A model generated the notes under the pieces. That model saw only the letters and a list, made by a program, of their open reading frames with translations. It was not told where the DNA came from and did no database searches. Shown here in pieces: positions 12,664 through 22,668 of a stretch of 42,080 bases of DNA. The position numbers and the translations under genes are program-made. Source of the stretch: Perkinsus chesapeaki ATCC PRA-425 (lineage: Eukaryota > Protista > Perkinsozoa); the NCBI GenBank assembly GCA_013115145.1, contig JAAPAO010000295.1, positions 1-42,080 on the forward strand. The letters are read 5' to 3'. Position 1 is the stretch's first letter. Every line of letters begins with the position of its first letter.

Positions 12664-13606
12664 CTAATTTCGCATTTGACTGAATTTCCTCCTTTCCTCC
12701 TCTTCTATACGTTTCTTTCTTTCCTCGATGAGTTGTTCTCTGACTTTTTGTTGGTGATAGAGGATCTTGATTTCATTTTCAACATCGTGTTTATGGTTGG
12801 CAAAGAATTCGCCCAACCATGTGATGCTGTTGGAGTAACCGGCAGGAGGGTTAGCAGCGATGAATTGGAATAAAATCTCACACTCCTTCTTGGGGTGCTT
12901 CCTCATTTCCTCCACAACTGTGACCGGAATGCGTCCATCAAAATGATAGAATGGCCAAACAAGAGGAAGAATAGCCTTATCTGGCGTCACCACTTCTGGT
13001 AACTCCGTCTTGGTTGAAAATAGACTCACCATCCCTCCTGTATAGCTGATATAGAGAGATCAATTGAATCGTTCGCCGCAAAGCTAAACTCACCCAGTTT
13101 CGAAGGATCCTAATTCATGGAAGGAAACGAACACATTGATGAGTTTATCAGGGCTAGGTGTGACGTGTATAGTTAACCCTTCCCCCTTGAAATAACATTT
13201 CCCAGAGGTCATTTTCTCCACTTTTCCCGGTAACTGATATGATGATGTCTACATTATATACCATCAGCTCTCAGCCACCCACCTTAGCATTATTATCCAT
13301 CCCCAAGTTTGCAACACTCGCTCCTCTTCCTCCTCCTGCTGATAGGCTTCTCGTTTTGGTAGTCGATTCCTGACGATCGGCGGCGGTGGCCTCCATGTTT
13401 GTAACTCGGGTTGATAAGGTATGTACTTCCTCAATGACCTCTCCCAGAGATGTCTAGGAATAACGGTAGGTGATTCTCCTGGAGTAGGTTTAGTTCAGTC
13501 TCACCTTTATGGATGCGACATCTTTCTCCATCTCATCTACCTGTTTCCTTAACGAACCGCCAACTGCTTGTAAGACGATAACCAGAGTCAGAACAATCGG
13601 CTTCAT
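12664..13606 (-). CDS. Hypothetical secreted protein, about 5 exons, coiled-coil segments
   Basis: Signal-peptide-like MKPIVLTLVIVLQAVGG. GT-AG introns join in phase to TSLGEVIEEVHTLSTRV.., IIISVTGKSGENDLWENVISRG.. and the 12664-13032 ORF. Confidence 0.6.
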
Positions 13607-13909
13607 GATAAGTCGGTTGTGGTAAAAAGTAAAGAGATCTGGCAAGCACGGGGCACCATGATATCCGATATTCACTATCATTATAACAACCTTCTTGCCG
13701 AGTTAGCTGTCGGAATGATTTGCTGCCCGAATTTTAACACTTTCGCCCGTACGGGAAATCGATTATTTTCGGGCGGATGTGCCCCCCACCCGCCGAACTT
13801 CGACTAGCATCGTTGCGCTCGAGTTTCAGCTGCTGGTAATACTCTGTGTATTGCCCAGCCCATTGGCCCGATGATGTCGATTATGTCATGTAGTCATCAT
13901 GCACGACTA

Positions 13910-14101
13910 CAGGGTGTCCTAAAAATGTGCTTTCTTGAATAGCTTCTTCAGGAAGAAAAAGATTCACCGTATCTTCATCTATCATCACCGTATGCCGTTA
14001 GAAAGTCATTCTCGAGGCCTTTCAAACGACGCACGTATCGTCGAAATATTCGCCCTCCTGAAGAAGTTATTCAAAAAAGCACATTCTTTCGGGACACCCT
14101 G
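13910..14101. mobile_element. Tc1/mariner-type MITE, 192 bp
   Basis: TA|CAGGGTGTCC...GGACACCCTG|TA. Imperfect TIRs of about 45 bp (aatgtgcttt.ttgaata.cttcttcagga shared). TA duplicated at 13908-13909 and 14102-14103. Confidence 0.88.
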
Positions 14102-14284
14102 TATTTGCTAATAGGATCAGAATTACCGTCGAGCTGTCACTAGTGATACTGCCGCCCTTTCGCTAGATGTAGCTTACACGGGACGGAACTCCCACGGCAA
14201 GCCTTTGCACTCAACCTTTAGGAAGGAGTTTGGTGAATACTTGGGCAGGGCGATGAGGAGCTACTTGGATAGTATCAGTTATTT

Positions 14285-14431
14285 AGATATACTTGGTTTG
14301 AAAGGACAGTTCATGAGATAGCTGGTAATCAGATAGCACCGAAATATGTGAGGGTTCGCAAGTTGCCCAAGATGTAGGCCATGTGTGATGTGTTTCCGTG
14401 AAGTGTTACCGTCGAGTTTAAGTTGTTTAAT
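14285..14431 (+). repeat. Direct repeat, right copy (orphan last exon of the mL59-like gene plus intergenic)
   Basis: Near-identical to 11789-11935; preceded by an intact TTTAG acceptor. Confidence 0.95.
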
Positions 14432-14460
14432 TTGGTTCAAGTTGCTTCGTTCCATTCAGA

Positions 14461-15931
14461 ATGTCTGACGACGGGGCTGCTGGTGCTGCGGGAGACGGTA
14501 GGGCGACTATCTTGATAAGAGCTATGGGAAGCATTGATTCCATACATTTAGTCAACAATGGGTGGTGTACGATAGAGTCCGATCCAGGCGTCTTTACCGA
14601 GCTGTGCGAGGATCTTGGGGTCAAGGATGTCCAGTTTCGAGAGCTCTATTCGTTGGATGAAGAAACGCTCAAATACGAGTATTACTGGAGGAATCTGCAG
14701 TAGAAATGTTGACGATGTTTCAGGTGTGCCAACGTGCCGGTGTATGGCTTGGTGTTCCTATTCAAATGGGATAAGAAAATGGAGGATCAAAGTAGGTGCA
14801 ATACTAATACGGATTCGCAGTCCGTCGTTCTTTCAGGAACGCCCCTCATCCCGCCACCAGATGGGATGTTTTATGCCTCACAGGTCATCAACAATGCTTG
14901 CGCAACTCAGGCTATTCTTTCGGTGCTGGGGTGACCAATAAGTGTTGTGTTAATTCCTGTACCTTCAGGTCCTCCTGAATGCGGAAGGTTTAGAAGTTGG
15001 AGACGTTCTGGCCAACCTGAGAGATTTCACGTAAATCTCGACTTGTTATTTTGGCGACAATACAACGTATTCTTGCTTAGTGCTGGCTTTGATGCGGAGA
15101 CTAGAGGTTGGGCTATTGGGAATTCAGAAGAGATCAGAAGAGCTCACAACTCTTTCCGACCACAGGCTAGCTTCGACGTTGTACTGCTAGTGATAATGAC
15201 ACTGTTATGCTTGCTTTCTGGATCCTCAGGAGCAAAGAGAAGAGGCACCAAAGGAGGATGCATTTCATTTTGTGGCATACATTCCTTTTAAGGTGAGGGG
15301 GTGGCGGACAGTTATACCGCTCATCTTGTTTGGTAGGGAGGATTGTATGAGTTGGATGGCTTACGGGGCGGTCCGATATTCTTAGAAACAACTGAAGGCG
15401 AATGGACAAAGGGAGCGTTGAAATATATACAGGAAAAGATCGCCAAGTACTCGCAGACGTCTGAGGGAGAGCAGCAGCCGGATGAGATCCGTTTCAACTT
15501 GATGGTTGTGTGTGGTGACAAACGGAAGGCATTGCAGAAGCAAATAGATGAGTAGGCCGAAGGAGTCAGTTTGAGATCAAGGTCGAAGTTTGTTAGTATT
15601 TCGAAGGCCATGGGTGAATCAAGTGAAGCCGTTGTCGAGTTGAAATCTCAGCTTGCAAACGAGGAGAGCATCCGAGCAAAGTGGAAGGTTAGCATATCGT
15701 TCGGGCGGCATCGTAGGTGACCCCTTTTAGACTGAGAACGAGAGACGCCGACATGATTACACTCCGTTCCTTCTGACTGGTAAGGTTATTCAAGTTGCCT
15801 TTTCAATAGAGATTCATTTAGCCCTCCGCCTCCTGGCAGAAAAAGGCCAGCTTGTGGATGCATTCAGAAAGGGCAAAGAGCTCTCGAAGAATCAGCGTTC
15901 AGCACGACGTCAAGCGGCAAAGAGTGAATGA
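14461..15931 (+). CDS. UCHL5: Ubiquitin C-terminal hydrolase UCH37/UCH-L5 (peptidase C12), multi-exon
   Basis: [42 protein letters not shown] (catalytic Cys), [10 protein letters not shown] (His), [11 protein letters not shown] (Asp), C-terminal EIRFNLMVV and [12 protein letters not shown]. Confidence 0.93.
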
Positions 15932-16097
15932 GTGTCGTTTAGTTTCTAACACCTTAGTCTGATTGTGTTTGTAGTGGGCTGCGGCATAGCTGGCATCAGA
16001 AACATGTATTCTTACGTGCGAGTACGCGGTATGGCATTGGCTGGCCACTGTTTATGAACACAAAAGTAACGCTGTGAGATGCCGGCCATGATCGAAG

Positions 16098-19000
16098 TCA
16101 ATGCACAAGATAGAATCTTCCACCGGTAGCCAAATGATGGCAGAGAATGGCAGCGTCCTCGGCCGCTGATACTCTCGACTTGGAGACAGCGATGTACGAT
16201 AACTCCGGCCTATTACGCTCATCAGATTGGTCATGAGCCATCTTCGTGTATGCCGCGGAAAGTTTCTAAGGAAGGCTATGTTGCATATCTCCCAATTTCG
16301 ACCCACTGAGACCGTTTCTATACTCGTGGTTTTTACCTGGCCTTTACGTAAGACATCCTCCCCTTCGAAGGCCAAAATTAGTTCCCGGGCGGTCTCGTGG
16401 CCAAGCAGATCTGCGGGAGTAGACAGGGTTGCTATACTAGTACCGTCGGTTTGTCTCACGCTGTTCCATCCTAGCTTCCGTATGGATTATAACCCTTGTC
16501 GAGGGAGCACATGTGGTGTTTACAAATAGAATCTTATCATCCTCGAAAAGTTCGCAACTGAAGCAAAAGCCACCTGCCGGGATTGAACCGACGACCTTCT
16601 GCTTACGAAGCAGACGCTCTACCACTAAGCTAAGGTGGCTCTGTTCTTGAAAGCCGCCGAATCGTAATCGCCGTTGAGATTGTAACTTACATGAATGCCA
16701 TTGCGTCGTCAGCGGCAGTGTTTTGCGGTATACCAATGACAAGTGTCGTCAGTTCAGCCAAGTGACCAAACGATCCTGCGCTATAAAGGTACACTAGATC
16801 ACGTGGTGGGTTGCGTCTTACCCACGGAGGAATCCTCGCCAATTATACCCTGATCTCCTGGGCTTGCGATGGCGAGATCCTAACGACAAGAGCGAATCGG
16901 GGAATGTTACCACTATCGACAAAGCAGGTAGTAGAGTAGTAATTGATAGGCCCACCTCGCAAGCTCTCTTGTGCTGGTCGGATATCATTCTAACTACTTC
17001 AACTGCATCTGCTACAGTACTTGGACACAGAATGGGGTTATCGATGGTTGAATGAGCACCCTGAATAGCAACTGCTCTGTCTTACTCGAGTGAGCTCTGG
17101 GGTACCATAGCACATGCAACGCGGAGTGATGGCGCTGAATGCTTCTTGGATAATTTCACCGAAGGAGGACCTACGCCCAAAAAATTGTGTACAAGGGTTT
17201 TTAGATCATGCTTTACCGAGAAGGCTTATAACTTCATATAGAGGAAAGCTTGGATCATCTGCCTCCGCTCCTCGCTCCACCTTGATCCAGAGCCTGTCTG
17301 CCTCACCGTCTCTATTATAGAAGCCGTCTTCAGCATCTCGATGTGTAATAGTTTTCACGGCTTCCACTGTTTCATTCTCTGGCAGTAGTATAAGATTAGT
17401 TATGGAGTATCCAGCATTATTCAACTCTCTAACTGCCTTCAACATGGCGTTAGTATGGGGAATTAAGCCAAGCCAAACTTCGTTGATTAAACCTTGAAAG
17501 CGCTGAAGTCCAATGATACTCTTTGATCGTCGTCCGACCGGTTCTAACGTACACATCCCCATCAAACTTGATATGATGCGCTCTGCCGCTTCGCCATCGT
17601 TTGTAAATAGCACGTCCCCGCGTACCAGTGCTCGATTGCGCCACTTTGTAGTGATGAACTCTTGGATGACCTTTGACGTGCCGAGCCGACCCTGCAAAAT
17701 ACAGAGGCAAATGAAGCTCTTAGAGAAGCGGTCAGCTGGGTCCTTGTTTGGGCCGTAGCGCACTGTGAGGTTCTTGGCGACGACCGCTCTTTGGGACTCT
17801 TCAAGATCCTCAGTGGCACATAACTCGAAGCTCAGAAGCTCCATTGTGGAAGCTGGAGCCGGTATCTCTCCTAACCGTTCGGCGGTTGCCGCCACACCAA
17901 AATAAGTGCACAGGTCTTCAATCGGGGATGCCAATCCCTCCGCGTCATCTCCGTAGACCGCCATGACCACTCTTTCGAGTTCTGGTTGTTCGATATGAGC
18001 CCTCCGGCTCTCTGCCTTAGGCCCAGACTGCTCTTTCACAACAAACCGAGCGGCTTCAAATGGTGATCGGTCAATAGGAGGGCCAGCCCAACCAGCCTGA
18101 CGATCCCTCTCAAATCTGGCCTCACTGATGGCACCAGTCAACCACTCGGAAGACAGCTCTGGTTTTCCTTCACTTGAACACTCCACGATAACGCGGTCCT
18201 GGCCCGAACGATACATACGGCGGACGTGGCCAAGCCTTCTCAACAAAACCCCAATAAGTACCCCGACCATCTCTTGATTCAACTCTGGCAGGCTGATCTC
18301 GATAACGTAGTCTTCCGCGCTAAAGTAATGCAGAAGAGACTGCGAGCTGCCGTCGCAGGAACAGGAGCCCGGAGGAAACGCGAAATCCAAGTTCGCTTTG
18401 AGGCTACTTGAACTAATAGACGGCAGGACAATACCGGTATCAAATTTAGCGTTTATACTGTGAGGGTCTGTTCGCTGGGCAAGATTGAAATCGTTGGGCC
18501 CAAGGATCCGACGGAGAGTCTCACCACAGTTTGGTCCCCGGAAGCAGACCAACAACCGGCCTTCACCCAGGATCTGACGACCAACAAACGGAAGCGGCCC
18601 TTTCCGAGCCTCTTCTGCATCTAGGGCAGCCGTACGCAATCCGATGATTGATATGCCATTAGCATTGGCAACTTCTGTTAGGCACTTCAACGCTTCGCCA
18701 CAGCACAGCGGTACAGCAATAGTCACGCTTTGTTCGAACTTGCTGGAAGGTATAGAGCAGCTCTTACAAGTGGCGTGGTGGTTAGTCGATAACTTCTCGA
18801 CGGCCTCTTTGTTTACGAGCTTCTTGATGCGTGGATTCGCACCAAGCTCCCGCGATACGAATGTCCATTCACGTCTGTCTATTGCTATTAAGATTCGATC
18901 GCCTTGCCATACAAGAGCATTTAGTGCTTTTGAATGGGCGAGTACAGAGCAGATTACTCTCATAGCTTCACTTGATAAACTTTCCTCTGAGTGGACATGG

Positions 19001-19369
19001 AAGCATTCCAGTTGGTCGATGGGGCAGTTTCGCAGCATCGAAGACACCGTTGGGATTGTAGAGTGGACACTGCCAGCATCAGAACCACCACTTTGAGTCG
19101 GGCTCAGACTCTCGGGCTTTGTGGGTGACTCGACCTCTTCTATCTTGATCGAGGCCTCGACTTCAGCGGGCTTCGTCAACGTTGTTAAGGACCGCCTGGC
19201 AAAGGAATCAATCAGTATTAGTAGCTGGTGACTACCTTTGCTTATTGTCTGCTAAGCTTCTATGTCTCTGCAACTCTTTGTATCTTTCTTGTACTTCATC
19301 ATTTAGTCGATCTACTTCCGCTCGTTTCCTAGATAGCTGGTCACTTGTTGCGGATACCATACTGTTCAT
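16098..19369 (-). CDS. Large protein with about four degenerate NDK-like domains, about 8 exons (extends beyond the 17206-19179 ORF at both ends)
   Basis: Domain 1: EQSVTIAVP..GISIIGLRT..LVCFRGPNCGETLRRILGPNDFNLAQRTDPHSINAKF. In-phase splicing adds LLGPPSVKLSKKHSAPSLRVAC / DNPILCPSTVADAVEVVRMI and ELTTLVIGIP..ELILAFEGEDVLRKGQKL..YIAVSKSRVSAAEDAAIL. A 5' exon 19369-19236 joins through a 40-bp intron. Confidence 0.65.
16568..16639 (-). tRNA. tRNA-Thr(CGT)
   Basis: Reverse complement GCCACCTTAGCTTAGTGGTAGAGCGTCTGCTTCGTAAGCAGAAGGTCGTCGGTTCAATCCCGGCAGGTGGCT folds to a full cloverleaf with anticodon CGT, U73 discriminator and a T-run directly downstream. Confidence 0.96.
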
Positions 19370-19415
19370 TCCTGACCTGAAGCTTGACGCCGTCCCCAAT
19401 TACACTGCTTGAGAT

Positions 19416-20313
19416 CTAATACCGATTCACTTGAGCCCGCTTGGATTCGGCAATGGCGATGAACTTAGCGCGCTCGTGTTGGGGCATCTTTTCAATCATA
19501 CGGAGACAGTTACCGCTCTTGAATGGATCATGGTCCTCGGCATGGTGTGTTCTCTTTGGCTTAATAAAGATATCTTTTATGGGGGTATCCGCCTGCCCGC
19601 CCAACATCTTCTCCCAACCCACAAAGTCTTTGTCGTTCATGCCGCGCCTTTTCGGGGGTGACGGCAGCTTTTGGGTTGCTTCTCGGCGATAAGGTGTCGC
19701 ATCCTTCGAGCTCGCCTCCTTCATTTCTTGTCTCATAGTCAGGGCACTGGTCGTTTCTGAGTCACCTTTGCCCGGAGACTCTCCTATCGCCCGTCGNNNN
19801 NNNNNNNNNNNNNNNNNNNNNNNNNNNNNNNNNNNNNNNNNNNNNNNNNNNNNNNNNNNNNNNNNNNNNNNNNNNNNNNNNNNNNNNNNNNNNNTGATTT
19901 TGGTCTTGACTACCTTCAGCTCCTTATCGGGAGCACCAACTTCGGTAACGCTAAAGAAAACCTGCTATCAACCGGCCGAGCTGATTGAATGCCACCCTGT
20001 AAACAAACGCCACTGATGTTTCAAGGCTTCTGCAGAGAACATTCCTTCTATCTCTTCAGAAGGGAGTGTTGGGTCCTCACAACAGAGCTGGCGACGAACC
20101 TGGCATCGATGTTTGCACAAGTCGCGAACTATCTATCCTTCAAAGATTGTCTTTCACGGGACCACTATGCTGTCGTGGTCAAATGTTCACCCCCTACTAA
20201 CTTACTTCTTCAAATTCACATGCAACCGCCTCGAAGTTGCGGTCATGACGCTCTACGCTCGCCAAGAGATGAGCCTTCAAGCTTTTAGGGAACGAATTCG
20301 ACGTCTCTTTCAT
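19416..20313 (-). CDS. Hypothetical multi-exon protein spanning an assembly gap
   Basis: MKETSNSFPKSLKAHLLASVERHDRNFEAVACEFEE|gtaagt, then VRRQLCCEDPTLPSEEIEGMFSAEALKHQWRLF (weakly SANT-like), gap, and the 19416-19736 ORF. Confidence 0.45.
19797..19893. other. Assembly gap (97 N)
   Basis: Run of N. Confidence 1.
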
Positions 20314-20620
20314 TTAGGGGCACGTTTCTCGCTTAGGCGTTAGAAGGTCCAGACTTGACTTTTAATTGAACGTTAAGCAACACGACAACAAACCATGGAA
20401 CGAATTTGACAACTTTCGCAGAAATTAAAAACCGAATCATCCTCGCTGAAACTGAGGGGAAGCAAAGAGGTGACTGAGCCACTGACAGCACTGGCTGTCA
20501 TGGCGGACTACGAAACATGCACGCTAACAAAGGACACTGGCGGCCACTCACTAGAGCGAATCCTCCCAACGTTTTAAAGTAAATGTGTCAAGTTTAAGAG
20601 AGTGTAGCAGGACGTAGTTA

Positions 20621-21693
20621 TTATACAGTAATAATCTCACACTCTGGAGACTTGGGCTTGAGGGCTGAGCGGAATACTCGGTCCCAGTCCTTCGGACCAT
20701 AGTCTGCGACTCTAGGTTCGGCGTTGATGGTAGCCCAGGCGCATTCGGTCTCTATCGATAGAGCATTGATACCACTCTTTACATAGAAGTAACCATTATC
20801 ACCCCAGAAGGAACCCCAGGAGTTCTTGACAATCCAATACTCTCCTTCCTCGGGATCGACAGCCCAACCAACGATAACAACATCATGATCAGTCTCCTCC
20901 TCGAGATTCTTAGCGCTGACAATGTTAGTCCTTGGAGTGCCATCATCTTCGATAAGGGTTGAAGTGATAGCACAGGAGATAGGCCCACGGGTGAAGATCT
21001 CGGCCTTCATTTCATGAACACTCGGATTCTCCATCTTCCCGTACTCCTCAACGAAGTACTTGCCGTACCTGAACGAAAATGTAACCAAGGCTCATTCTCT
21101 TAAGCCAAGCCCAAATGCACGAAATCAAGACTGCTAGCGTTCAGTAAACCAGCTACCCATTACCTCTGAACTGGATAACAGGGTGCCCCAACTCGAGGCG
21201 GATCACAGTTGATACACTTGTGGATGTCGTTGCATTCTTCTTCTTTAGCGATGTAGCCTTGGCAGGAATCATCCGGTATTCCAAAGAGAGAAGCGTAAAC
21301 AAAGACACCATAATCAGTGCCACCCTGACAGCTTCCAGCAATCTCTCCTCCGCAATTCAGCACCACTTGACGAGCCAGCATAACCTCGGGGAACTGAGCC
21401 TTACGAGCGATCTTGAGCCTATCGTTCAGGACACCCACACCAGCATGTAGCCAGCAGGAACCACAGTATCTCGGAGCATGCTGATTGAGAACCGGAGTTA
21501 TGAAGTTGGTGCCATCAACATTGCGCCAATCAAACTCATTAGGTAGGGAGTCCTCTGGCCGATAGGTATGTGGCAGGGGATGGATAATTCGCGGGGGCAT
21601 GTCATCAGCAGGCATGTCGTTCCTTGAGCAGTTGCAGTGACCGGAAACCAGTGCAGCGACCGACGCCGATAGAATGACCGCTTTGATGAACAT
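20621..21693 (-). CDS. CTSZ: Cathepsin Z/X-like papain-family (C1A) cysteine protease, 2 exons (intron 21069-21163)
   Basis: Signal peptide, short Cys-containing propeptide, FDWRNVDG, NQHAPRYCGSCW (cathepsin X mini-loop plus catalytic Cys), RGPISC, DHDVVIVGW (His) and YWIVKNSWGSFWG (Asn). Confidence 0.92.
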
Positions 21694-22668
21694 ACGAGAG
21701 GGCACCAAGGTGAAAATGGCTAACCAATAATACAATACAAATGGTACGCAATCTAACTGAGCTCGCGCAGTCCGATGTAGGATATTCACCTGCTACAGTA
21801 TCTGAACACCACCGAGTGGTGGTTTTATATTGAAATTTCTCTAGCTCCAGAGAGACAGCTGCACAAGATTGTTCTAGCCTACTTGATAAATATGTGTTAC
21901 GAGGCTGCACCGAACATCCTTCCTAGTAGCGTAAACACAGGCCGTAGTATATAAAAGTAACAGTAGTAATTCTTTTAGTAAGATTGACAATATCTTGCTA
22001 AAAGATAGTAACCTTGGATAGGTTACTCAAGCAGTTATAGCTTCAATGTTAAGATGCTCCATGAAGTAAGTTCTGTATATTGTACAGCTGACATCAAGTA
22101 TCCTTGCATTTTACTATGGAGCGGGATACGCTAGAGAAGCACAGAGAGCAGCCATCATCAGGAGTAAACTCCCACTAGTATTACAGGTGAGCTTCTGACA
22201 GGCATCCAGAAAAAGCTAAGTCTGATAGCTTCAAGACAGGAATGTCGGATGTTTTACTAGATAGGAATGTCGAACAGGTTCTGCTGCATGTCACACAAGC
22301 ATCCCTGGCGCTCCAGCACTTCAAGAGCGCATTCCTGACTCAGTAGAACGTTCATTGGGCTGTTCATAGTACAGTCTCTCCATGTGGACTTCCTTCGATA
22401 ATTATGCTACTTCAGAAAGTAGACTAATCAAGTTCACACCTCGAGCGAAAGAAATCAGGAAGACAAAAAGCATTCTCAGTGAGAATTTCTCATTCAGATT
22501 AGATTGACGAAACAAAACATAAATTAGTTAAATGAGAATTCCTATTCATATTCCACTAGGGGATTACAAAAAGGGAGGAATCACAGTGATGAAATCCACA
22601 TATAGGTTTAGTAGTTTACTTGAGAATCAAAAGAATGTATGAGAATTAGTCTGATATTTGATGATCAT

